A stretch of 63,320 bases of DNA, counting the filler, from Cercozoa sp. M6MM (lineage: Eukaryota; Protista; Endomyxa: Ascetosporea): assembly GCA_040357565.1 (NCBI GenBank). It is 10 parts of 10 records of this genome, joined end to end, with 100 filler letters (N's around TTAATTAATTAA, not from the genome) between each part and the next. Parts side by side here need not be neighbours in the genome. Positions count along the whole stretch, not along the records: positions 10,504 to 27,269 come from JBDODJ010000278.1; positions 27,370 to 30,860 come from JBDODJ010001428.1; 8 more parts are not named here. One strand, written 5' to 3'. This document shows positions 16,033 to 28,316 of the stretch, one piece after another (positions within the stretch are counted from its first letter, which is position 1; the number at the start of each line of letters is the position of its first letter). The notes beneath the pieces are model-generated. The model was not told the DNA's origin and did not search any database. It was given only the letters and a program-made list of their open reading frames with translations. Made by a program: the position numbers and the translations under genes.

Positions 16033-17700
16033 ATGTCGGTATGCCTGCGATTTCTGTGCGTTTGTCATGCGCGTGAGTCCAACTTATGTAGAATGCATTG
16101 CTGATTCCGGCAATGTGCGTGCTGATCGGCATGTCCGGCATGTTTTCGGTACCATCTTTTAGGTTCATGGTTAGCCGGACACTGTGTATTTTTTGTTCGC
16201 CAGGGTCTCACGCTTGGCCTGTTGGGTCTCGATTTAAAAGGCCTGGAGATCGTGCAAAATGTATGTTTTCTTCCTGTCTTGCCATGCGGTGTCACTTCTT
16301 TCGTACGCTCCAGGGTGATGATCCGAAATTGGCGACCTTCGCTCGCAAAATTATGACGGTATGCCGCTGTTTTTCAGTGTGCCTGCGTGCGTGTTTATAT
16401 ATATATACATTATATAATATATGTGTATATCTGTGTCTGTGTCTGTGTCTGTGTCTGTGTCTGTGTCTGTGTCTGTGTCTGTGTCTGTGTGTCTGCGTGT
16501 GTGTCTGTGGCTATGTACGTGTGTGTAGGTGCGTCGCCATGGCAACTGGTTGCTTTGCACGCTGCTGCTGGGCAATGTTTGTGTCAATGCTGCACTGACA
16601 CTCATTGTCGACCAACTGTTCAAGAGTCTGAGCGCCGTTGTGGTATTCCGTTTCGTCACATGTGCACCTGACCGCTTGATGTTGTCTGGTGTCAGGGCCT
16701 CATTGTATCGACAGCGTTGATCACCACTTTTGGTGAAATTATTCCGCAGGTGCTTTGTTTTGTCCTATCTTCAGTTGTGCCCTAACTTACGATCTTGTCC
16801 AGGCCGTGTGTGCGCGTCATGCCCTCGCCATTGGCGCGCGCGTGGTTTGGCCGGTGCGCTTCCTGATGTTGTTGATGTCGCCCATCGCATGGCCTGCTTC
16901 TTGGCTTCTCGACAAGCTGCTTGGTATGATCGTGTTTTGTCTTCATAATGGAACGTGTTTTGTCTGCATTGTGTGTATTTATTTTGTTTTAGGCGAGGAA
17001 CTTGGCACGATCTACAGCAACGAGGAGTTGCGCCATCTTATCGAAATGCACGCTGACGACATCGAGGTGGCCGACACTTTTCGATTGATGGCTCTGGTCT
17101 TTGTTGATGGTTTTGTCCGCAGGCGCAACTGCAGCCAGAGGTTGCCGGCACGATGAAGGGCGCTTTAGACTTTGGCAAGAAGCAGGTGCTGTGTGCTGTG
17201 TTTGTTTGTTGTTGTCCCACCTTTGACGTTTGTGCAGGTGCGCGATGTGATGACTCCGTGGGACAAAGTGTTCACGTTGCCGCAGTCGGCCCGGCTCGAC
17301 TTTTCCGTGCTCACGGTTGGTTTTCTGGTGGCGCGTGCGCGCGCATGTATGTATGTATATGTGTGCTGTTCATATGCTATTGCAGGACATTTTCAAATCT
17401 GGTCACTCGCGAATCCCGTAGTTTGAACTTGCACCAGTTTGTATCTCCTTTTAAATTGTGTTGCAGGTGTGTCGACGAACACGGCAATGTTGTCGGATTG
17501 CTTCATGTGAAGGACCTCGTGCTGCTCGATCCTGAAGATGAGACGCCTGTGAGCACGCTGTTGCAACTTTACGGCCGCTCGGTGCAGAAGGTGTTTCCGG
17601 ACGAGAAGTTGGATGGCGTCATGCGTCAGTTTCGCTCGGGCAAGTCGCACCTCGCAGTTGTCCACGATGTGGTAGGCTGCTGTACTTTCTATGTTACGCC

Positions 17701-17750
<50 letters not shown>

Positions 17751-19532
17751 ACCTGCGTGCTTGCTTGCAGAGCAACGAAGGGCCGGGTGACCCGTTCTAC
17801 TTCTTGGTTGGTATCGTGACGCTCGAGGATCTCGTCGAGGCCATTCTCAACTACGAGATTGTTGATGAGTTCGACAACTTTGTGGATATGCGCGATCCGA
17901 CACACACTGCCATCAACCGTGAGAGCCGTACTTTCGCTTTGCTCTTGGTAGCCATCCATTTCGCAAGGACTCGGTTTTGCCATGCAGGAATCGACAACGC
18001 CTTGTCGCTCTTTGACTACCGCCGTCGACTGCCGCACGCGAACATCACGCCACAAGAAGCACAGGCTGTGTTCTTCCACTTGAGTGGGTACCTTCACCGT
18101 TCTAGGGGGGTATTTGGGCATTTTTGGAGGAGGTATTTTGTGGTGATGCCGCGTTCTCTTTCAGAACTGTGGATCTCTTCCTTCCGGAAAACCGCGCCGT
18201 TGATGTTGACGCCTTTAAACACATGATTGCTCGTGCCCGTGTGATCGAAGTGTCAGTGGACGAGACGGACAAGAACGCTGCCCAGCGCGCAAAACAGCCG
18301 CTCGAGGATAACGGCTGGCTGCTCTATGAGAGAGGTACTGCTGATGCATGATCGGCACAGATCGCACGTGTGTGCACCCTTTTGTTGTGTGATTTTTTGT
18401 GAATCTTTGATGTGTCTGTGTCTTTGTCTGTGCGGTTTTCTGTGTGCCTTTGTCTGTGTCTACGTGTATGTGTCTGTGTTAGGCCGGCCGACGGAGTACT
18501 TTTCGTTGTTGCTCGATGGTCGTGTGCGTATCCAGGGTGAGAGCTTTCCATCCCACTCACGTGAAGTTCATTTAATTTTTCTGCCTGCAGCTGGTCGCGA
18601 AGGTTTCGAATCAGAAGTCGCTCGGTACGCCACGGACGAAGCTTTTGTGGGCCGTTGTATGCTTGTTTGTTGTGCAGTTGGTCATCTCTGTGTGCCGACT
18701 GTCTGGAAACTGTGCCAAAGGAAGGCATCAATCGACTCGATGAGTTGCCGGCCTTCGCGCCGGATTACACTGCCACCTTGGTCCGTCTGTCTCATCTTCT
18801 GCCAAGTGAAACATGTAGCCGAGTGATGCCTGTTGTTTGTTTTTCTGCAGGTTCGCAACGCACGTGTGCTCCGTATTAGCCGCCAGGACTATGCGCGAGC
18901 CATTAAGGAAACCCGTCATGCCAAGGCGTTGCTGGAACAGGTACCTTTGTCATTTAAGCTCCTTCTTTCAGTCCTGTGACGTGTTTTGATGACAGGATCC
19001 GCTCCGTATTGAAGGCTCTGCGGTACCTAGAGCTGTGCGTACATTTAGCTGCCCCTTTTTTTATTCGTTGCATGTGTTAGGTCGCCACCACGCGAAGGAT
19101 ACGATCGGCGTCGCGTGCGGCTGCACGGTATGTGTGTCCTTAGTATTTGATTTAATAATATAAGAACGAATTGTTTGCGCAGCTCTAAAGCACGCGCCCC
19201 CAGCATGGAATTGACCGAGTTGTCAAATAGCCGCGCGAAGCAACCTTCAAAAGAGGAAGATTTGGACACGAAGGAAGAGCTGGAGGCCAAGTTTGAGGAC
19301 GATTGTCGTGGAGAAGACGCTGGTGACGATGACACTGCTGGTGTTGGTGTTGATGCGGAGGAGGCCGAGGTTCTCAATTCCGACAACGACTCTAAGAAGG
19401 ACACTCAGGCTGTATTATGTCACTACATTTTAAATTTGCGGCATACACCTGTGTATCATGTAGGAGACGGACACAGTTGCAACTGACGAACCTCTTCTCA
19501 AGAACAATCCCATTTCTGGTTCGAGTGACTGA
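16033..19532 (+). CDS. CNNM: CNNM/CorB-family metal (Mg2+) transporter: DUF21 + CBS pair + CNBH-like domain
   Basis: GMSGMFS|GLTLGLLGLD, HGNWLLCTLLLGNVCVN, FGEIIPQ|AVCARH, GALDFGKKQ|VRDVMTP, SGHSRIP, GKSHLAVV, GIVTLEDLVEAILNYEIVDEFD, LLLDGRV, FAPDYTA. Confidence 0.93.
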
Positions 19533-19737
19533 TCGATGCCTGTGACGTATCGTTGATGCCAGGTGCGCGCAGCGCAATAGAGAGTAGACTCGTCCATCAA
19601 TTTGTGACAACATCCGTGATTTGGTTGTTAATGAACTGAATTAATTGCCTTTCGAGGGTCTTGCGGCGAGAGCAAGTACCAAGCTTCCTCAATCAACAGA
19701 GTAAACTCCAACTTCACCTTTTCACACAACTGAGGTC

Positions 19738-22700
19738 ATGTTCCGCGCGGAGGACCTGGTTCTAAGACAAGCGAGATCGACCAGCAATATAGTTACTGAT
19801 CCGAATGGTGGTCCGGTGGGCAAACGGGAAAAATAAAGCATGACCAAAACGACGCCACTTGTCTGGCTGGGAGTGGTACAGTAGAATGCCACGCGAGTGT
19901 TGGTTACAACGTGTTGCACCATGCCTGCGACTTGTGGCGCTGTGTGACGTGCTGGGCGATCTTTTGGGCGAATGCAATCTGGTCTGATAAATTATCTGAT
20001 GTGTTTTTGGTGTGGGTGCAGATCCGCAAGTTGTTAATGTATCATTCAGAACTTAATCGCCGAAGCTGCGCCATTAATACGGCGTCTCTATGCCACAACC
20101 CGGTCAGTGTCGGAAATAGGTTAACTTCTTGAGTCAGTGTTTTGCAGATCTATCTATTCGTGTTGTGCTTGCTCAGAGACTGATTTACAAGATTCACACG
20201 CGCATGTTAAACATGTTTTGCGCCAAAACGGAACTGTGCCAGCCTTGCAGCGGTTGTGCGAGCATCTCGACGAACAGGACGTGTCACCTGCGGACTATTT
20301 TCGGGAGGTAGCTTTGACGATTTCGCGTGCTTTTTTCTGGTGTTTTAGTCGCAATATTTGGTTCAGCGGAGACGAACTGTGTCTGTCAATGATGAGCGCC
20401 TTTTTGCAAAGCGAATTTTAGACGCGGCACGAGTCGGGCTTCCCTCAAGTGATTGTTTGCACGGCGGAACACAGAGTATATATATATATATATATATATA
20501 AATATATACCAACACTTTTAATATCTTCTCCGTGCGCAGTTCAAACAGACTCAGGAACCTGCAATCAGGTACACACATACACGCGCGCGCACGCACGCAC
20601 GTCCAATCATTTTTTAATTTTAGTTTGTTCCTGGCTCTTCGGCCTCGCGCATATGCGGCGAAAGTTGTTGGCTGCGATTTTGCTCTGTATTTGGCATCAA
20701 TGCTCTTCGTGCTGCAGTTGACTACGCTTCTGTTTCTAGGTTGTGGGTGCAAGCGTCTTGTTGCCGCTTTTGACGAAATGTGTTGTGGTTGAGGTTCTGC
20801 CTGTGCAGGCACTTTCTCAAAAGAAGAGACCGCACCACCGAGAGCAACAACTGATTCAGATTTGCGGGCCGCCGCTGGACACATTTGCGCAGCAATTAAA
20901 GGTGCTAGGACGCCAAAAATGGCCAGCATACCGTCAGGAAGCAGGAGCGGAAAGAAAAAGGAAGCAGCAGCGAAAATCACGTCGTAAAGATAATTTCCTT
21001 CAACGAGCATCTGTTTTCTTCTCAACTTCGAGAGCCGGTGTTCGTCCTTTAGCGTCATCGGTGTGTCTCGTGCTAATTTTCAATGATCTCGTGTAGTATT
21101 TGTGCCTCTGCTGTGACAGCCTGGTGGAGTTATGCCAAACGACCTCCTGCCCTCCAGCCACGAGCTGCTTGCTGGCCAGGTGCTTTGTCCATATTCATGC
21201 ATTTTGATGCGAGTCCCGTTGCTTACATCTGGTCGTTTGATGTTCATTCTAACATAATGATCATTGTATGTTATGCAGCTCGCACACGCTGTCAGATGCC
21301 TCCTTGATAACCGTTTGCTGTCGAAAAGGAAGAGAAGGGGTCGTCGGCGGCAAGTTCCGTCATGCTTGCGTCGACTTTGTTCTCGAGCGCGTCGAATCAA
21401 TGGTTGTCGTCGTTTGCGGCAGCTTTTTGCGTGTGACGTTAGTTCATGGTCTCTCTTGCTTTGCTCCCTCTTATTCCTATTTTATTTGTGCATATGCAGT
21501 GCACCAATACCGCGAAACCGGGTTTTCTCCGCAGTGCGGGGTGTCGTTCGAGCTATGCTTGGCTGTGACTTCTGTTGCGGTAGCTTTGTAGATACTATCT
21601 GGGTTTCCTATGCGATGTTTTTTCGCTTACAGCTTCGAATCGTCGAGTCTTTGCGCGATTGCTCCACAGATTTTTGTTTTTGCCCCGCCATCACACGTTG
21701 TCACTCCAAGAGTGTGTCAAGGACTTTTCGCTTTCGCGAGAACGTTGGCTTCGCCAGTTCAGTTGTGATCCCTGTAAAGTTGTCAATCATCAAGTTTTAG
21801 TCTGCTTCGACATTTCTGTTTGTTTGTCAGTCAATTTCTCGCCCCGCGCTCGCGCTCATTTGCATACGAGATTCGTCTGCTGGTTGTTGATGCACGTCGT
21901 GACTCCACTTGTGAGGGTATTGTGACTGTTTCAAGTTCTTTTATTGATGAAACATATACAATAGCGGCATTTTTATGTCACTGAAACTGGCGACTCATCT
22001 CTCCCCCTCTACTTTGGACACGCTCAATGGAAGTGCATCGTTCAAAATAGCGGTGTCGTGGAAAGACTTTTTGCGCCGCTTGTTGTGTGCTTTTTCTCCT
22101 TGGTTTCTCTGTGGTTGACCATAATGGTATCATCGTAGAAAGAAGAGCTACTCGTATTGGCGTCGCGAGGCCAGCGGATGAAAACTCGGCTGATGCGACA
22201 ACGTGCACAAACAAGTCGTGGACTGATGTGCTACTCTTTTTTGTTCGCCTTTTTTTTTACCGTGCTGCCCACAGCACAACGTCTGCGTCGGAGCTCTTCA
22301 GTCTGGGCCGTTTGCGTCTCTTGCCAAAGAAACGAGCATGGATGAAACGCGCCGTTGAAGGTATATTTGCTATGATCCTCGTGTTTTTTTTTTCTGTGCA
22401 TTTGATTCGCAGCTCCACTTCACACTGTGTTTCGGCCGGTGGTGAATTACGGTTCCAACAAGGAGCAGTCCAGTTTACAACAACTGTTGCAGCCTGTGCT
22501 CGTGTACTGCGATAGCGTTCTTTTATTTTCTTGTGAGAGTGAAAATTCTGTTGGTTGTAGCGCACTGAAACGCCAGAGCCAGCGTACACAACACAGCCTG
22601 GGTGCTGCGTCATCAATTTCTAATTTTGCCCGTCAGTATCGTCGCTTTGCTGCATCTCGCGCCCACGTGTTAGGTATTTGGTTTCAGTTCGACAAAGCAC

Positions 22701-24623
22701 GAGTGTGAATATGCAAACTGGCTGTTCTCACAGAAGGACAGCCTATCGTCCGTACGGTTGTACATTTCGACATCGAAAAGTATCGCGTTTGTCCATAATT
22801 GGATTATATGGGGCAACTCTGGTGCGTATTTATTTTCAATGATGGCATAGGTGCTATGATTCGATTGATGCGACAGTAGCAGAGCGGTTGTGTGGATCTG
22901 TATTGTTTGGCGATCAACTGAAAGGCGACCATTTGTGCTTTACCAAACTGGCATTCGTGGACAAACGTGGCCACAAGCGCTTTTTCACGTCATGTGAACC
23001 TCCTGAGTAACGCTCTATTCCCGTTTGTCCTTGTGTTCAAGTCGTGTTCATGTGTATATGGACAGAACGTTGGGTGACATTGAGTTGCACAACGACAGCA
23101 AAGTGGCACGGCTATGGTTGAACAATGCGATCACTGCATCGTCGATTTCGCTGTTTGAACTGTTTCGACGAGCGCGTGCGTCCCTGCGACGCAATATCGT
23201 TCGTTTTCAAGGTTTGTCAAAGCTCTTTAGTCTTTCTACTGCTCCACATATATTTTTGTGTAGGAAAGTTTTGGCGGCAAGAAAGAGGAATACCCCAGGG
23301 TGGCAAAGTGTCGCGCTTCCTGTGTGATCTTTTTTTGCACGCAGCTCTTCAAAGACATGAGATACGCATGAAGCGTGCGTCTGAGGTATAATGTTTCCAT
23401 TCAATGGATGTGCAAAATAAGAGGCTTGTTTTAGAAACACGGCCTTACTTGGAAGTGCTTTCGTGTCTTCGATGACTTCCTGCTGGTCATTGATCGTGCA
23501 AAAGACCACAGCTCAATTGATCCGGACTGGTACTTTGTTCATTGCCTGTTTTTCGAGCAGCATATTTCTTACATTGCAGGGGAGACGTTTTTGCAAGGCA
23601 TTACGTGCAAAATCTAAAACACGAGCTTGGTCGCCGAGGATTAAAACTCAATGCCCAAAAGCGGGAAGTGTGCACAGTGGAGGTAGTGTCGCTAAGCTTG
23701 AGTAAGTACTTTGTGGTGTGTGTTTGTGTGTCTGTGTCTGTGTCTATCTGTGTCTGTGTCTATCTGTGTCTATCTGTGTCTGTGTCTGTGTGTCTATGTA
23801 TGCATCGGACTGTTACCTTTGTACGGGACAGGGTGGAATGGCAGCTCGGGCGAGTGTTGCGTTTATTGGACTAAAAATTGACGTCGGCACTTTACAGGTA
23901 TTTACAGGTACAAACTCGTCCAAAAAGACTCGTGTTAAATGTGTTGTTTTTTTTCAGGTCAGTGTCGATCACGGAAGAAAACTGCCGCGGGGACGTTTTG
24001 ATTTTGCCTTTTCTGTTCGACAAGTCTCAAATATTGACTCATTGTGTCGAACATTAAACGGGTACTTTTTGGCAGTCATTTGGTCCAGCTGTACGGATAA
24101 GTTGACAATGGTTGCAGTTATCTTGGAGGACGTGTGTCGGAGCTTATCGTAAGTTGTGGAGTTAACTCCGTGAAACGTGTTCAACGGAATGTGTCAGAAG
24201 TACTTCGCTTTTCATCGCTGCACTGAGAGGGTGTGTTTGTTGCCGACAATGCTGTTTGTGTAGCTTTGTATCATGACATGGATTCGATTGAGGCGCACAC
24301 CTTCTGTCAATCTTTCTTGGCCCAGTCTGTCGTCTGCAATTGAAGAGGCAGTGGAAAGTCTGTGCAGCTATCTCCACTCCTACCGGTGCGTATTGGCGCG
24401 ATGTCAAGTGCGCATCCTTGCATGGCAAGCAGTACTGGTTGTATTTTCTCACTCCAATGATGCTGTTCGGGGCGCATTGTGTCATATCCACACACAAAGA
24501 CGTGCTCTTCAAGCTTATAATACACAGAAGACAAAGAAGCGCCGCATTTGGTATTCGCTCCAAGAGTGTGCGCGGTTTGCACAGTTGTTTGTCACCAAAA
24601 ACAAGCCTAACAGTTGCAGTTAG
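19738..24623 (+). CDS. TERT: Telomerase reverse transcriptase, multi-exon, ends approximate
   Basis: Motifs in the expected order: T RHFYVTET (about 21965), 1 GRLRLLPKK (about 22306), 2 FRPVVNY (about 22430), A HFDIEK|CYDSI (22763-22865), B' RGIPQGGKVSRFLCDLFL (about 23285), C FRVFDDFLL (about 23460), D RRGLKLNAQK, E FIGLKIDVGTLQ (about 23862). Confidence 0.88.
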
Positions 24624-25118
24624 TTAGTTCAGTCTGCTAACGTAAGAAACCAACCATTATGTTACCGCAGTGTTACCGCAGCCCTCTCAGCTAGGGATCA
24701 GGCCTTGGTAAATTAAGGGTACTTTGCCAGTGATTTTGGCGTGGTATTTTTTGTTTTGGTCTTTGCTACCCAACTGCTCATCCGACCACAGAATCCGCTT
24801 CCGATTCCTTCCATCGGATTGTCCGCTAGTTGGGACGCTCGTCCTCGAGTGCGAAGTCGGGTAGGTAGTGCCGGTGAGGCGGCGGGCCCATATCGGGGTT
24901 GGTCGCCATGCTCTTGTTTCCCTCCCATGGCGAGAATTGCAAACCCGATGTCCCGCTGCGTCGAGCGCGAGAGCGAGGGACTGAGCTCGCAATTACTTTG
25001 TTGTTGCGAACCCCTGCGGTGCGGAATTCTGCCATTGTCTGAACTTGTTGAACGAACTGCCTGCTGCTTGCTGCGGAGCACTTAAGCACACACAATGTCG
25101 ACTGTGGCATAGTTGTCC

Positions 25119-26048
25119 TTAGTAATCCGAGCTGAGGATGGCGTGGCGCGCGCCAGCGATGTCGGCATCCTCGTCGAGGTAGCGCAGGCAGGCCGCGGAT
25201 CTCCAGCGGCCGAGCAGCATGATCTCCTGGATCGGCACGCCCTTTGCGTGCAGGTGCGTGGCCTTGCCTCTGCGAAAGCCGTGAGTGCCGATGCGCTTGC
25301 CCTCGAGCGGCTTGATGCCGAGCTGCTTGCAGCGCCGTTTGAGCTCGCTCTGCATGTCAGCGTATGACATGGTGGACATCAGAGGCATGTCGTTGCTGAA
25401 GTGGCCGCTCCGCTTGTGGTGCCGGAACACGTGCCGCATCAGAGTCGGCACGTCGAGCTCGTCGGTGCGGCGTGCACGCACGACAGCCACGTCCCTGGCT
25501 CGCATCTTGGGCTTGGGAATCACCACGCGGTATCGGTCGGCGCCGACCGGACGCACGTCGCCGAATTGCATCTTGCGCTTGCGTGCGCCTCCGAACACTG
25601 CGCCTGCTCGCGCGCACAAGTCCCACAGCATGGCGCACGCCAGTGCGAACTCGGCTGCCCGCAGCTCGCTCAAGTCGTGGCTCTTGACGATGCGCTTCAC
25701 CTCGCTGAGCGTGAAGGGATGCGCCTGTGTCTCGTCGCCGGGGCAGACGCGAGTCGCTCCTGCCAGGACCATTGAGATCACGCTGCTGCGCTCGACCGGT
25801 GCTCCTCGGTTGCAGAGATCGTACTTGATCGCGGACCAATCGTTCTTGAGAGTGCTGGCAGAGACGAGCATGCTGCGGTCGGAGAGGAACTCGGCCACGT
25901 CGAACTCGCGGGCTTGCTCGGGCGTGACACCGTTGTCCTTGCACCATCCCCGAAACGCTGTTAGGGAGGATGCGTACTTCTTGCGTGTGCTGGGTGTGAC
26001 TCGCTCCAGCAGAAGTCTCGCTAGTGCCGCGCTCGTAGCTCTCACCAC
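25119..26048 (-). CDS. Tyrosine recombinase (phage-integrase family) of the YR retroelement
   Basis: STRKKYASSLTAFRGWC N-terminal helical domain. Catalytic set: R (CARAG), K (PKPK), HGFRRGKAT, GRWRS and RY. Confidence 0.9.
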   Translation of the reverse strand: MVRATSAALARLLLERVTPSTRKKYASSLTAFRGWCKDNGVTPEQAREFDVAEFLSDRSMLVSASTLKNDWSAIKYDLCNRGAPVERSSVISMVLAGATRVCPGDETQAHPFTLSEVKRIVKSHDLSELRAAEFALACAMLWDLCARAGAVFGGARKRKMQFGDVRPVGADRYRVVIPKPKMRARDVAVVRARRTDELDVPTLMRHVFRHHKRSGHFSNDMPLMSTMSYADMQSELKRRCKQLGIKPLEGKRIGTHGFRRGKATHLHAKGVPIQEIMLLGRWRSAACLRYLDEDADIAGARHAILSSDY

Positions 26049-26238
26049 CCAGGTGCCCTCGAGCTTAAAGAGAAACAGCGGCCTTGCTGAGCCCGACCAG
26101 GCGTCCTGCCGGACAACAAGGAGCAGTGATCAATGAGAGACTCTTGGCGGGTTGTATTGAGTGGGATGGGAATTGAGAGATGGGACAAGGCGGGGAAGAA
26201 CTGGTGTTTCTGGGTAAAACTATCTATGCGGAGTGAGC

Positions 26239-27204
26239 TCACTGCAGAGTGAGGATCGAGTCGAGTAGCTCAAAGATCTGCCTAGTGGTGCGTGATGCAT
26301 CGGCAGCAAAGTCTGCTGACTTGCGTAGGCTGCGCCAGAAGCGATTGTGCTTGATCACACGCGGGCACATCGGCTCTGCTTTGAGCTGCACGCCGGCCGC
26401 CTCTGCGTGGCGACGCGCGGCAGGCATGTCGTCGCGACTCAGCGCGTCGGCCACCTTGTTGTCCTTGCCGGGGATGTGCTTGGGCCAGAAGCGCGCGTCG
26501 GTGCCGAACATGACGCCCTGCATGAGCAGCAGCGCTGCTCGCACCTGCTTGTTCTTGGCGCGGCCCGACCGCGATTGCAGCACGAAGTTGTTGGAGTCTG
26601 TGAGCGCCGATCGAGACCTGTGTGCCGGAAAACGCTGTGGCCAGCGGTCTCGCCGCCAGGCGTCCACGAGCCAGCCGAGTGCGTGTGCCCAGGCCTCGAG
26701 GCCGTTGTTGTCAGTGCCGAACTCTGCTGGGAGCTGCACCGCCAGCCAGTCGCCGGTGTCCTCGAGGTGCACGCCGGCGATGCGGAAGCTGCCTGCCGTG
26801 TCGGTGCTAAAGTTGGCGTGGACCGCCGACTCGCAGTGCAGCAGGAAGGCGTTGTGCTGCTTCGCTTGTCCGCGCTGCTCGACCTGCAGCATGAAGCAAG
26901 CGGCTTCCCTCACGCCGTTGCTCAGGTTGCAGGGCCTGCTTGGTCTCGCGTGCCTTGGCACGGCATTCGCGGCGTGGTGCGCAGGCGCCAGGAACGGCTG
27001 GCCGATGCTGTACATGCGCGCGCGCCAGGCCGCCTTGCCTGCAAACTCCTGCATCGCGACGAGTGTGATCGTCTGCTGGCCCGTGGTGGCCAGTTTCAGG
27101 CACAGCTTGATGAAGGCCGCCGCCTTCTTCTCTCGCGTCCACACCACGCCGGTGAGTGCGTCGTAGTTTGCGCCGACAAAGTCGAACACGCGGCTGGGTG
27201 GTAG
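26239..27204 (-). CDS. RT C-terminus + DIRS1-type RNase H (pol fragment)
   Basis: PPSRVFDFVGANYD (RT end), FSTDTAG, NNGLEAWA, LTDSNN and KHIPGKDNKVADALSR give the RNase H D-E-D-D set. Confidence 0.82.
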   Translation of the reverse strand, partial: LPPSRVFDFVGANYDALTGVVWTREKKAAAFIKLCLKLATTGQQTITLVAMQEFAGKAAWRARMYSIGQPFLAPAHHAANAVPRHARPSRPCNLSNGVREAACFMLQVEQRGQAKQHNAFLLHCESAVHANFSTDTAGSFRIAGVHLEDTGDWLAVQLPAEFGTDNNGLEAWAHALGWLVDAWRRDRWPQRFPAHRSRSALTDSNNFVLQSRSGRAKNKQVRAALLLMQGVMFGTDARFWPKHIPGKDNKVADALSRDDMPAARRHAEAAGVQLKAEPMCPRVIKHNRFWRSLRKSADFAADASRTTRQIFELLDSILTLQ

Positions 27205-27656
27205 GAATGTGAGAATCAACATTCTGCAATTGCAATTTGCAAAAATGCGGAAGGAGCGCCGGAGTGACANNNNNNNNNNNNNNNNNNNNNNNNNNNNNNN
27301 NNNNNNNNNNNNNTTAATTAATTAANNNNNNNNNNNNNNNNNNNNNNNNNNNNNNNNNNNNNNNNNNNNTATGTTTTTCTTTCTTTCTCTGTGTCTATGT
27401 GTCTATGTTTCGCTATGTGTATATATATATCTGTATATATGTTAAAAAAATATGTGTATATTTACATAGATTATAAAGAGATTATAAAGAGATTATGAAG
27501 ATATTATCCATATGATCTGTATTATCTATGCATTCTATATATATGTATATAGATTATATAGATATTATCCATATTATATTATCACACATATCATATTATC
27601 TTATATATATATATATATAATGTTATTCGTGCATTCTCTGTGTCAATGTGTCGAAG

Positions 27657-27855
27657 GTGCGCCATGGCACTGCTGCACTCGCGCGTGCGACGCGTCTTTG
27701 TGCTGCGGCGGCAGGCGACGGGCGCCCTCGGCAGCTGGCACTCGCTGCACGTGCTGTCGCAGCTGAACCACCGACTGCAGGTCTTCCTGGTGCTGCCCAG
27801 CAACGGTAGTCTGAATCTCCATGTGCCGCCCCTTGCCGACTCTGTCGCTGTATGA
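27657..27855 (+). CDS. ADAT3: tRNA adenosine-34 deaminase non-catalytic subunit ADAT3/Tad3, last exon
   Basis: After the AG acceptor: CAMALLHSRVRRVFVL..GALGSWHSLHVLSQLNHRLQVF, the characteristic Tad3/ADAT3 C-terminus. Confidence 0.8.
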
Positions 27856-28316
27856 CGTTTTCGAATTTTGAGGAATTTACAGTCCTCGAATCTTGAGTAA
27901 TTTACGAGTAATAACTCAAAAATGGTGAGTTAGTTAGTTGAGTCTTCTGGGAAACCAACTATGTAGTTCCCCTGCACCAGTTTGGGGTGGGTCACAAGAG
28001 CATGGCCGTGTCTACCGCCCGCTTAGGGTAGGACCATACAACTCCCCTTTTGACGTTCCCCAGACACCGAAGTCGACTTCATGGTTGGTGCAGGTAGCGG
28101 CTACAAGTACAGAGGCGTCGCAGGGCGTGCGTCGGGTCGTCCCGTCGTCGTCCTCCCGTCTCTCCACTTGATAACGAAGCAAGCAATCAGACATAGACTT
28201 AGACTGCCGTGAGTGGTGGCCTAGTCTATGTCGGGGACCTCTCGGTCCGTTGTCTGGTGGGAGGCTGCTTGGTGCATTCTGTGAGTGTTGCTAGGTTCTC
28301 AGGGTGTAGGTCACAA

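Larger units (their letters stand above)
24660..27210 (-). mobile_element. DIRS/Ngaro-type tyrosine-recombinase retrotransposon, 5'-truncated (end of RT + RNase H + YR); boundaries approximate
   Basis: Intron-free, GC-rich block with an RNase H ORF followed by a YR ORF on the same strand. Confidence 0.8.

Noticed and set aside
19405-19415. Apparent GC-AG donors (AG|GCTGTA here and at about 38488)
   Set aside because: An in-frame canonical GT lies 3 nt downstream.
25285-27204. Long + strand ORFs (283, 305, 285 aa)
   Set aside because: Antisense shadows of the GC-rich YR and RNase H ORFs.
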